Assembly: GCA_038087875.1 (NCBI GenBank)
Contig: CM075981.1
Location: 66,464,001-66,528,000 of the forward strand
Length of the DNA stretch: 64,000 nt
Source: Malacoraja senta
Lineage: Eukaryota
Direction of reading: 5' to 3'
Shown: one piece after another, positions 51,164-62,974 of the stretch
Layout of the letters: every line of letters begins with the position of its first letter
Numbering within the stretch: position 1 is the stretch's first letter
Notes under the pieces: model-generated
What the model saw: only the letters and a program-made list of their open reading frames with translations
Databases searched by the model: none
Told to the model about the DNA's origin: nothing
Made by a program: the position numbers and the translations under genes

Positions 51164-52272
51164 CAATAGTGCAGGATGCTGGACACAGACAGCGCATAAC
51201 TTGGGAGAGTGCCCTTCCAATTGTCAGAACAGGGGATGAAACTGAAGGTTCTCGATCTGAATCCATGCAGCACGTGTAGTAAGATGGGGAAACTGATGGC
51301 ACAGAGGGAAATAAGTGAATACTGTCCACTCTTCATTATGTAGTCATGTTTGCAATGTAATCATGCTTGGAATTAAGTATTTTGTGATTCTTTGGGCAGC
51401 ACAAGCAAAATGGAAGAGGTGGAAAGAGAGCTGTGACAACTAAGGAGGTGGAAAGCATCAAAGCTCAGATGAACCACCAGGCAGTGTGGGTAGAGTAGGG
51501 GCAAAAGACACTGGTGAGAGTTGGCAGCAGCCCCTTAACAGTGATAATGCAATGCAGAGTGTAAACAGGAAACCAGAGATAGATGTAACAAGCATAATGC
51601 ATGGAAATATAAGTGATTCCAATCTATATATTGACAGACAATCCAAAATAATAGTAATTTTGTTAAAGGATAAATTAATAAAGAGCTCGTTTTCAAAACC
51701 ACTATGTTGAGAAACCCATTGATGTCGGCTATTTCAAATCCAGTATTATGCAATGAGAAAGGATCAATGAATAATTTTCTACTTAAGGGGTCATTAGGAG
51801 AGAGCGATCATAATATGATTGAATTTTATATTAACATTGAATGTGGTTTATTCCAATCCAAAATCATAGTGTTAAATCTGAAGAAATGATTCTACAAGAT
51901 ATCGAGCAAAAATTGGCTGTAGTAGATTGGGAAATAATGTTAAAAGGAATGACAGTATACAGTGCATTCAGTAAATATTCAGACCACTTCACTTTTTCCA
52001 CATTTTGTTACGTTACAGCCTTATTCTAAAACGGATTAAATTCTTTTTTTTTTAATCTACACACAATACCCCATAATAAAAAAGCGAAAACTGATGTTTA
52101 GAAATTTTTGCCAAGTAATTTAAAAGAAATAACTGAAATATCACATTTACATAAGTATTCTGACCCTTTGCTGTGACACTCAAAATTGAGCTTAGGTGCA
52201 TCCTGTTTCCATTGATTATCCTTGAGATATTTCTACAACTTGATTGGAGTCCACCAGTGGTAAATTAAATTG

Positions 52273-52394
52273 TTTAAGAAGGAACTGCAGATGCTGGAAA
52301 ATCGAAGGTAGACAAAAGTGCTGGAGAAACTCAGCGGTTGCAGCAGCATCTATGGAGCGAAGCAGATAGGCAACGTTTCGGGCCGAAACCCTTC
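52273..52394 (-). mobile_element. Short PLE-derived insert within the Tc1 5' region
   Basis: 11-bp TSD aaattaaattg (52262-52272, 52395-52405). Confidence 0.9.
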
Positions 52395-52486
52395 AAATTA
52401 AATTGATTGGACATGATTTGGAAAGGCACACACCTGTCTATATAAGGTCCCACAGTTGATGTGCATGTCAAAGCAAAAACCAAGCC

Positions 52487-53480
52487 ATGAAGATGAAGGA
52501 ATTGTCTGTAGACCTCTGAGACAGGATTGTGTCGAGACACAGATCTGGGGAAGGGTATAAAACAATTTTTGCAGCATTGTAGGTCCCAAAGAGCACAGTG
52601 GTCTCTGTCATTCTTAAATGGAAGAACCAGGACTCTTCATAGAGCTGGCCTCCCGGCCATTCTGAGCAATCGGGGGAGAAGGGCCTTGGTCAGGGAGGTG
52701 ACCAAGAACCCGATGGTCACTCTGGTCACTCTGACAGAGCTCCGGAGTTCCTCTGTGGAGATGGGAGAACCTTCCAGAAGGATACCTATATCTGCAGCAC
52801 ACCACCAATCAGGCCTTTATGAAAGAGTGGCCAGACGGAAGCCACTCCTCAGTAAAAGGCACATGACAACCCGCTTGGAGTTTGCCAAAGGGCACCTAAA
52901 CAAGATCCTCTGGTCTGATGAAACCAAGATTGAACTCTTTGGCCTGAATGCCAAGCGTCACGTCTGGAGGAAACCAGGCATCGCTCATCACCTGGCCAAT
53001 ACCATACCTACGGTGAAGCATGGTGGCGGCAGCATTATGCTGTGGGGATGTTTTTCAGTGGCAGGAACTGGGAGACTAGTCAGGATCGAGGGAAAGATGA
53101 ACAGAGCAAAGTACAGAGAAATCCTTGATGAAAACCTGCTCCAGAGCGTGCAGGACCTCAGACTGGGGCGGAGGTTCACCTTCCAACAGGACAACGACCC
53201 TAAGCACACAGACAAGACAACGCAGGAGTGGCTTCATGACAAGTCAGTGAATGTCCTTTAGTGGCCCAGCCAGGGCCCAGACTTGAACACGATCGAACAT
53301 CTCTGTAGGGACCTGAAAATGGCTGTGCATTGACGCTCCCCATCCAACCTGACAGAGCTTGAGAGGATCTGCAGAGAAGAATGGGAGAAATGATCCAAAT
53401 ACAAGTGTGCCAAGCTTGTAGCGTCATACCCAAGAAGACGTGAGGCTGTAATCGCTGCCAAAGGTGCCTCAAAGTACTGA
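52487..53480 (+). pseudogene. Disabled Tc1 DD34E transposase
   Basis: [17 protein letters not shown]...WSDETK...[13 protein letters not shown]...QQDNDPKH...*WPSQGPDLNTIEHL; stops at 52517, 52580 and 53259, frameshift near 52626. Confidence 0.95.
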
Positions 53481-56434
53481 GTAAAGGGTCTGAATACTTA
53501 TGTAAATGTGATATTTCAGTTATTTCTTTTTAATTATTTTGCAAAAATTTCTAAACGCCTGTTTTCGCTTTTTTATTATGGGGTATTCTGTGTAGATTGA
53601 TGATGAAAAAAATGAATGTAATCCATTTTAGAATAAGGCTAACGTAACAAGATGTGGAAAAAGTGAAGGGGTCTGAATACTTTCTGAATGCACTGTATGT
53701 AACATATCCCCTTTAAGATCCAAAAACCCAACAGAAAAAATGGTTCAAGCAATCTAACAATGAAATTAATAATGGTATTACAATGAAGGAGAAAGCTTAT
53801 AACATTGTCAAAAAGTGTAGTAAGGCTGAGGGTTGGAAAGATTTCAGAATTCAGCAAAAGGAGGGACAGGTCAATGATTATGAAAGGGAATGTATTGAAA
53901 TTTAGGAAGCAAGAGTACAAAACAAACAACAAATTTGAATGTAGGTCCCTCATAGACTGAGGCTGAGAAATGATAATGTGGAAAAAGGAAATCACATCAA
54001 TATTAGAGAAGTATTTTATGCCTTCCAGGGAAGAAGACATAAAATATATTGCAGAAATAAGTGAGAGTAGTATGTCTAGAGAGAATGGGTTGCGGTAATA
54101 AATTAGCATTAGTGGGAAAAAAGGCTGTGGGAAAATTAATGGGGCTGAAAGTCAATAAATCCACGGGACCTGATGACCTGCACACCAGCTTTTAGAAGGA
54201 GTTGAATATGGAAATAGATGATGCACCAGTGGTCCATAGTTCCTGCAATGATTCCCACAGACTGCAGTTACCAAACATAATCTTTCTTTTTAAGAAAGTA
54301 GATAGAAAGAAAACATGGAGCCACAAACCAGTTATGCTGACATCAAGAGCAGGGAAAAGCTAGAATCTAATATTAGGGAAGAGATAACAGGGGACTTGGA
54401 AAATAATATTAGGCCTGAGCAGTCGTGAACGAGAAATTGCGTTTGGCAAGTCTGTTAGAGCTTTCTGAGTAGCAGGACAGCTAAGGGGGAACTGATTTCA
54501 GAAAGCCTTTGGATAAGGTGCTAAAAGGGTTGGTTAACGGACACAAAACAGAGGGCAAGACCACATTTTTAGGTTTGGAAGGTGTACTGGTGTGGGATCA
54601 GTGCTCAGGGATGAGTGGTGGGTTCTAGCCATTCACAATCTATATTTGTGATTTGAATGAAAGGCCCAAGTTTAATATATTCAAGTCTGGCTGATGATAA
54701 AGAATTGATCAGCAGTATAGACTGTCACGAGGTTGCAGAATGGGTTCAAGGGGATATTCACAGGCTGCATGAATTAGTGAAGGCAGTTGTAATGTTGACC
54801 TTTATTGGAAGAGAAAACTCAGAGTAGCTCAACAGGTCAGACAACAACAGGAAGACATGGATGGGTGACATTTCAGGTCAGGACCCTTCTTCAGACTAAT
54901 TGTAGTAGGGAGAAAGCTATGAAAAAGGTGAGGGCTGGACAAATCCAGGCAGGTGATAGGTATATACAGGTGAGGTAGGGTTTTGCTGGCAGATAGGTGG
55001 ACAAAGGCCAGAGATGATAATAAGACAAAAGGCTGTAAGATAAGGAGAAGAGTGAAATGGGAACCCAGAGAAAGGGATAAAGGTGGAAGGGGATGGGGGA
55101 GGCCGAAAGAGGGGCGGGATGGTGGGTGAAATGGGTGCACATATGGATGGGGGACAGGGAAGTGAGGGGGGGGGGGCGGGATAAACAGAGTTGCTATCCT
55201 GACCCGCTGAGCTGCACTGTTTTGTGTTTTTTTTGTTGTAAAACCAGCATCTGCAGTTTTTTGTGTCTAAATTCTATTGGAAGAGAATTCAAGTATGAGT
55301 AAAGATGTCTCGCTGCAAATATATCAGCTCCTGGTGAGGCTGCACCTGGAATATTGTATCTTGTTCTCCACCAATGGAGAGATTAAATGGATTGTGTGTC
55401 TGTTTGGAAGAATGAGGTGTGATCTTATTAAAATATGCAAAATTCTTACAGGTCTTCGTAGGATAGATACAAGGATTAATTTCATCTGGCTGCAATCTCT
55501 GGGACTAATGGACAGAATATCAGAATAAGGAGTTGGTCATTCAGGACTGAGGTGAGAAGAAATATCTTCATCCAGAGAGTTCTGACTTTTTCAACACTAT
55601 TCAAGTAAGCTACAGAAACAGTCAGTGACTATATTCAGAACAGCTTTTTGGATAGTAAGGAAATCAAGGGATATGGGATTGATGCAGGAAAATAGCTTTG
55701 AGGTATAAAATCAACCATGATATTGAATGATGGAGCTGATATGGACTTAATGGTTTAATCCTGCTACTTTTTCTTATGTTTTATGTCTGAAAAAAAGGGG
55801 CAGTGAATACTATTTTCTGACTTCAAGGTCCTATTATTGGTGAATATTACTTCAAATATGCTCATTGTGATTGCTGAAGGATGGAGAAGCATTTTGTGAC
55901 ATAACCTTCGGTATGACATTTTTAAAACAAAGTCAATTTAAAACATTTAGGATGATGTGAGGATGGCAGGTATTTCTTGTCGTGATCAATAGACATGTCA
56001 ATGCAGCTGCTGGAAAGTACTCTGCTTGACAAAAAGAAAAAAATATCATTCTTGCATCCCAAAGATCGTTAAATCATTTCTGAGTGGGTTGACTATTGGG
56101 AGGGCAAAGGGCACGGTAAGAATGAGTGTGACCCAGTCAGTGAATGTCCAGAAATTCATCAATGCTCAGGAATAACTTGAATATCATGGCCTTGCATGAA
56201 AGCAGCTGATTAGTTGTATTCTGCCCAGAGCTGTTCCAGGGGTCGAACCTCTTGAATATTTACAGTTTAACAGCTTCCCCATCCCCACCTTCACTCCCAC
56301 CACCCTAACCTTTAGAATCATCATTGTCAGACCCTCCATCGCTTTTTCTGTTCCCCTCTCTCCCTCAAAATGTTTCTTTGAACCGACTACTTTGAACAAG
56401 CTTCAAGATGAATTAGAATCAAAGGGGGACACAG

Positions 56435-56670
56435 TATCTCCTCTACATATGCGAGACCACGCATAGACTAGGTGACCATTTTGCCAAACAGTTGCGCTCG
56501 GTCTGCCATGACACACTGAAGCTGCCCATTGTTAGCCATTTTAATTCTTCTTCCGATTCCCAAACTGACCTTTTGCTCTTTGGCCTCCTCCACTGCTAGC
56601 GTAAGGCCACACACAATCTGCAGGAACAACACCTCATATTCCGCTTGGGTAGCCTTCAGCCCTATGACTT
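56435..56670 (+). mobile_element. PLE GIY-YIG endonuclease fragment
   Basis: LYICETTHRLGDHFAKQLRSV...VSHFNS...GLLHC...QEQHLIFRLGSLQP. Confidence 0.85.
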
Positions 56671-57235
56671 ACTGCAGGACGCATTGCTGGGCAGCTACCT
56701 GTAATGGTACAAAGGCCACGGGAAGTTTCGACTCTGGAGCATAGAGATCCAGCAAAATTATAGGATGATATAGAGAAACAGGAGCTCGGACTTGGGGAGA
56801 TTTAAACCCAAGAATGGTTGGTTTATAACTCTGACCAATGAAGGCATACATTCCATATATTGTTATGGAAATAGAAGAATAACTGTACAAGGCTCAACAT
56901 TGATTTTTTTTGGTTGTGGGATTGAAACTGATTGGATTCTGGGAAAAGGAACACTCAGTAGCATTTAGTTGCCTGCAGATTGCCTGTGATATCAACCTGA
57001 GCTGGCTGTTTGGTACGCACACATCAAATAGAAATGCTTCCTGTCGCTGGCCAAGATCTCCTGCAGTAAGCCAATTAAAAAGAAGGAAATCGTCTCTTGG
57101 CACCCACTGCAAGCCCTCCACTCAGACGTGAAAAATAACATTTTATCTAAAAACAATTAAAAAGAAACCCTGTGTAGGTTGTAGCTCGGATTAGTCAGCG
57201 AGATCAACAGGGGGTGGAAGCTTGAAATCGAGTGT

Positions 57236-57249
57236 GTTGCCATAGCAAC
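57236..57249. promoter_or_regulatory. RFX X-box
   Basis: GTTGCCATAGCAAC, 13/14 match to the palindromic GTTGCCATGGCAAC. Confidence 0.6.
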
Positions 57250-57908
57250 CTAGCATTGGATCGAAAGTAAAGCAGGAAAGTAAGTGGCAGGCCCACATGT
57301 TCCCATCCTGAGGTTCCCAACCCTCCAGCGTCTCAGGAGTGGAGGAGTTGTTTTAGCACCTACAACCCTACGATAGATCAGTTCTTCTCCGGGTCTGGGT
57401 TCCTGATAATTGATGTACCTTTGCATGTGAAAGTCTAGTAAATGGCACCAGCAGGGAGAAAGAGATGCTGTGTGAGTTTCTTACTACCAACTGAGGTACG
57501 ACTGGTGTCCAGGTAAATTGAATCAATATAGATGGGGACTTAATGGTCAGCTTGGACATTATGGACAAGTGGGCTGTTTGACTCCATAACACACTTAATG
57601 CTAGCGACCGAGCCCACATTCCTCCAAACTAACTCGCAGCCAACATGTGAAGCTTGAGGTTGAGTGAAAGTGGGTTGATGTTGGATGGAGCTCTGCACAG
57701 CAATCACAGAGGAACAAACCCAGAAATGTGTCTGTGCAACACCTGAAATCAGAGTTATGTGTAGATGACAACTGTGTCAATGCAGCCTTGAGCAGGTTGC
57801 CTACATTGGAAAGGTTAGGTCCCAATTTGTTTGCTCCTGCTGCGTGGTTTTCACCTACCCTTGCACAGAACTAGAGTATCCTGGGTTATGGAAGAAAAGG
57901 GCACTCTG

Positions 57909-58118
57909 AAGACAGACACAAAAAGCTGGAATAACTCAGCAGGCCAGACAGCATCTATGGAGAAAAGGAATAGATGACATTTTGGGTCGAGAAGAAGGGT
58001 CTCGACCAGAAAATTCACCTATTCCTTTTCTTTAGAGATGCTGTCTGACTCGTTGAGTTACTCCAGCTTTTTGTGTCTATCTTTGGTTTAAACCAGCATC
58101 TGCACTTCCTTCCTACAC
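57909..58118. mobile_element. PLE-derived fold-back element
   Basis: 14-bp TSD aaaag[g/c]gcactctg (57895-57908, 58119-58132); inverted arms around gggtcgaga...tctcgacc. Confidence 0.88.
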
Positions 58119-59509
58119 AAAAGCGCACTCTGTATGCATAGTAATGTTAATGGCAATTGATGGAGCAGGATCAATGGCGAACTCCTGTTCTTATGTTCTT
58201 CTGGTACGATGTTCTTCAGTGAAATGCTGCGGAAAGACACCCGATGAAAGGGGCAGCACCTGCTACAATCTCCAGCCAAGCTTCGCAGGAGTTATGTCCA
58301 TGCAGGCTGTCCATCCACGAGGCAGTCCGTGATCATAGCTCCAATTATTGAAAACTCCTGTGCCAGATCACACACATACATGCAACTACTCTCAAAGCCA
58401 GGGTCTCGCTCACTCTCAGAGCCTTGCCCCAGGACATTCCCAGGTGCTCTCTCAGAAGAGAGAATACCTTTTTCTGTAAGGCTGTTTGCTTGCCATTTCT
58501 AGCCACTCGCTTTAGGTAGTGAGGGACGAGCAGGTGCTGGTGAACTCCCCAACCCCCCCTCCCCCCCCGCCCCTGCCTGCCTGACCGCCCCCCCCCCCCC
58601 CCGAGGGTGTATTGGCTAGGACCACAGTTTCTCAGTTTTGGGCATTGACCTAAAGTTGTCAGCCACGGGATGTCTGCAGGAGAGATAAGCCTGGGCCTTT
58701 GCAAAAGTCACTCTCATTGAAAGCTGACCAGTTGCTGTGAGGGAACAGAATTAGAATTGTTCTTCAGTCCATTGTGGCTGAAAATCTTGCTGAAGACAAA
58801 TTTTTGATGTTACACTTAGGTTAACATAATTTGGGGAGCTGGGTTCCAGATGCAGGGACTTCCGACTTTTAGTTGAAGTGTCGTTAGTGATCAAAAGTGG
58901 TTTGATCACTGGGCTTTTACCTGCAGTGTCCGACTGCCAAAATCACAGGCATTTGTACTCTCATAGATCCTTCCCAGCCCCAGGCAATTTCCCGCCAGGA
59001 GGTTCATAGGCTGGGAAGGATCTATGATGGCACAAGAGAAGGCCATGAATGTGCCAGTGGAAGAACCAGAGGTTTGACTGGGCACTACAACACCACAGTG
59101 AGCACCACTGTTTTGTGGTTAAGCCATCCAATTTTTATGAAAAACAAAACATAAACCAAAATGAGGGATTTACTGAGTAAATAATTTTCTTCTTCTGGGC
59201 CACTAATGCATGGAGGACATTGGCCATTTGCAGGTGGTGCATAGCAACATGCACGGATCCCCTGTCACTTTCAATTAGACCAACATGGCCGACACCACCT
59301 CTGGGCCTCCCATGTGATGAAGCCTTCTTCAGCCCAACCGAAAGGGGACCTCTCTGAACACATCCCAGTCAGGTATCCTGACATTGATGCCTTGGGCATT
59401 GGCCCATGAACAGTATCTACCATGCCACGATGCAACAACCATTTACTACAGGGGCTGGGAGAATGGTGGACCTTGATTTATTTACCAATGTGTTCAGTTG
59501 GTGGATGGA

Positions 59510-59830
59510 TTTGAGGAAATGGATGCAAGGATCAGAGGAGAAATTGCAGGAAAGTGTTTTCACCCAGTGGTGGGAGTTTGGTCTCACCTGGATGATCGGA
59601 TGGCAGAAGTAGAAGCCCTCTGCACACTTCAAAAGCATCTTGGATGAGCACAATTTGGTATTGGTATTGGTATTGGTAATAATTTTTCGTTGTCACGTGG
59701 GCCGAGATACAGTGAAAAGCTGCATGGTATCATCTTCAGAACTATGGGCCAAGATGTGGGATCCGTTTAAATTGCTCTTGGTTTGCTTAGCATGGATGTG
59801 ATAGATTGTATGGGCAAATGTGGTGCATTA
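59510..59830 (+). mobile_element. Old CR1 3' fragment with a small Rex1-type tail insertion ((ttggta)n at ~59655)
   Basis: VFTQWW-like ORF end. Confidence 0.55.
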
Positions 59831-60114
59831 CCTTCCTCTACTTATGCTTGGTTATACATTTATACTAGTTTCAATTTCAACATTTGAATTTTGTGCTGTC
59901 CTGCACGGTACCACTTGAATGGGGTTGGGTGGGGTGAGGTGATGGGCTGGTTTGGAGCAAAGGGGAAAAGCAAACCATTAAAAAAAAATAATAATAATCT
60001 TGAAATATCTTTTACTTTGAAACTTGCTTCAGTTTGGCATCCACCCTTGCTTGCACACAGAATAGAGACAGGGTCCAGTTCAGGCAAAGAAGGCTGAGGG
60101 GTCAATAGATAGAA

Positions 60115-60945
60115 TATTCTGCTCATGATCTTATAAAGTTCTATAAGATCACCCATCAGCCTACTTTGCTCCAAGGAATAAAGTCCTAGCTTGTCCAACC
60201 TCTCTACAGCTCAGGCCCTTAAATCCTGGCAACATTCCCGTAAATCGTCTCTGCACTCTTTCCACCTTAACAACATCCTTCCGATAGCAGAGTTACCAAA
60301 ACAGAACATAATACTCCAAATACGGCCTTACCAACATCTTATTCAACTATAACATAATATCCCAACTTATATACTCATACCCTGACTGATGAAGGTCAAT
60401 GTACCAAATGCCTTTTTGACCACCCTACGTACGTGTGACGCCACCTTCAGGGAACTATGTACCTGCACTCCTAGATCCCTCTGCTCTATAACACACGCCA
60501 GTGCCCTGCCCATTACTGTGAAGGTACTACCCTGATTTGACCTCTAAAAGTGCCACACTTCACACTTATCTTCATTCCTCAGCCCACTTGCCCAGCTGAT
60601 CAAGATTCTGCTGTAATTTTTGATAACCATCTTCACTATCTATGATACCACCCATGTTAATATCATCTGAAAACTGACTAATCATGCTTTGTATATGCTC
60701 ATCGAAATTGTTGATATAAACTACAAACATCAATGGGCCCAGCACCTATCCCTGAGGCACACCACCAGTCACAGCCTCCAGTCTGAAAAATAACCTTCCA
60801 CTATCACCTTCTGCTTCCTTCCAGGAAGCCAATTCTCTATCCAGTCAGCTAGCTCTCCCTGAATCCCTTTTGATCTAATCTTCCAGAGCAGTCTGGTCCA
60901 TATAGACAAATGTCTATGGCTTTGCCCTCTTCAACATTTTTGGTT
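60115..60945 (-). mobile_element. CR1 RT fragment
   Basis: LDKLGLYSLEQSRLMGDLIELYKIM; AVTGGVPQG*VLGPLMFVVYINNF. Confidence 0.88.
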
Positions 60946-61341
60946 AGGAGTGCAAGAAGGAACACTCAGCTCCCTACTCCATATATTTCAGCATGTAATT
61001 GAACCACTGAAGTCCATTCCCCAAAGTATTTTTCAAGAGAAGGGTTAAACAATAACTTCCATTCTGACATTCCTGCTGATGTCAGATCCCAGATCTAAAT
61101 CACCCTGATTTATAACTATTGAGTATAAATACGGTATATATAATTTATAGAGACACAAGAGCTTTCAGCTGCCGAAATCTGAAGCATCAAAACAATCTGC
61201 TAGAGGAACTCAGTGGGTCAAGTAGCATCTGTGGAGGGAAATGGACAGTCGACATTGTAATTGATAATCAGGTCTTCACTATTTCTCTGTACGCAGAACA
61301 GCGATTAGTGTTGTGACCTTAACCCTTGCTTTCCCCTTCAG

Positions 61342-61397
61342 ATAGCTTATAGTGAATAGCTTTTGTGAAGGATGAAGTTTGTGGAGCTGTTGCCATG
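61342..61397 (+). other. Candidate spliced exon with start codon (MKFVELLP...)
   Basis: Branch-like cttaac, polypyrimidine tract ccttgctttccccttcAG, in-frame upstream TGA, aggATG, donor TG|GTAAAT; no homology recognised. Confidence 0.25.
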
Positions 61398-61817
61398 GTA
61401 AATATTTGACATTTATTCATAAAACTTGAGTGGGTTGATAATTTGTGTGCAATTGTCTGGAGTTATTTTTCTGAGTTTTGTTTTGAATGCTATAACACAG
61501 ATGTGATTTGTTTTAATTGCAAGATACAGATGGAATCCGGAGCTAGTGAGTGTGGGACACAATCAGCGCAAAGAATGGGGGGAAGATCAATCAGTCAGGC
61601 AACACAACTCTTGAGCTGTCAATCCTCGTGCAAGCTGTGTAGGCCTACATCACCAGAGGGCTTCAGGGCGAGAGCAAGAGATGGAGTGTTGAATAGTGAT
61701 CTCAGCATAAAGCAAGTTGAGGGAGGGGCTGAGATTGTGCCTTCGAGTTGTACAGCAGAGAAAAGCACCTCATATTTTGCTTGGGCAGTTTACAACCCAA
61801 TAGAATAAATATTGATT

Positions 61818-62168
61818 GCTCTAACTTCAAGTAACCCTTGCATTACCCCTCTCTCCATCCCTCTCTCCCCCGCCCTAGTCATTGTACTAGTTTCACTGTC
61901 GCCCTGCTGACTTTCACTGTTTGTATACACTCGTTATCACCTTCTCCGCAGCCAACAATGGACCATTGTGGGCTCCACCTTACTGGCTTTGATTTGTACT
62001 TTTGCATACCTTTCATTCATTTTTTCCTTGTACCTTTTCATTATACCGTTTCCCGTTCCCCTGACTCTCAGTCTGAAGAAGGATCTCGACCCGAAACGTC
62101 ACCAATTCCTTTTCTCCAGAGATGCTGCCTGACTCGCTGAGTTACTCCAGTTACTGTGTTTATCTTCA
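61818..62168 (+). mobile_element. PLE 3'UTR with the best-preserved plus-strand hammerhead-like core (62073-62100)
   Basis: SNFK* end; CTGAAGA-AGGATCTCGACCC-GAAACGTC. Confidence 0.85.
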
Positions 62169-62974
62169 GAGAAACTGGCCTTTTGGCTCATAATGTTCAT
62201 CATTTGGCTCATGCTGACATTTTTGCTCATCCACACTAATCCCATTTGCCTGTATTAGGAATGTGGGAAAGGAAACCTGGAATTCATAACCATCAGAAGT
62301 GTCAACCCATTCCAGAAAATAGATCTAAAAGGTGAAATTTAATGTATTTCACTCCTCACTTTCGGCCGAGCCCTGACTGACAACTTATTAAATTGCCATC
62401 GTCTTCAAGACACAATTTCATCTTGTTCCAAAAGAAACGATCTTATCAAGTGCCTGATTGTTTCAGCACAGCCTGTCAGTTGTTGACTACAAACGTGAGC
62501 ACAGCAAGGGGACTCGGTGAACCAGTCTAACCAAGCAAACCAAATAAATAGGGTGGATATATTTGTTGTTGCACCCCACAGTGAAACCCTGCGTGAGGCT
62601 CCTCAGTCTGTGCCTCCTTGCCTTATCCTAACTTAAGCGCAGGCAAGAACTTGTATAGATATAGCACCTTCCAAAACCCGAGCACATCCAAATGGCTTTA
62701 TAAGCAACAGGGCTCTTAAATATAATTTTTTGCTGGAAACAAATTATGCACAGCAAGCCCGCAACCCGCAAAGCAAGGAAGGAAAATGACCAGATAATCT
62801 CCTTTCAGGTATTGTTTGAGGAATGAATAAAGATAACACTCCCCTCCAACCCCCCACTGTTTCTCAAAACAGTTGCCAGACGGCCTTCTCTGTCCACGTG
62901 ACTGGATCGCTGAGTTTTACCTCTCCATCACTTTCTCAAGGCAAGGAGTAGAAATAAAATACTGTCTTTTAAAG

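Larger units (their letters stand above)
51960..53695 (+). mobile_element. Full-length Tc1/mariner DNA transposon (long IR/DR type)
   Basis: TA|CAGTGCATTCAG...CTGAATGCACTG|TA; ~210-bp TIRs with inner and outer tattc(a/t)gacc direct repeats. Confidence 0.97.
51700..55790 (+). mobile_element. Degraded CR1 (endonuclease end to 3'UTR), split by Tc1 and PLE (~54820-55270) insertions
   Basis: LGESDHNMIEF, LMGLKVNKSTGPDDLH, LQIYQLLVRLHLEYCILF, RMRCDLIKICKIL. Confidence 0.85.
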
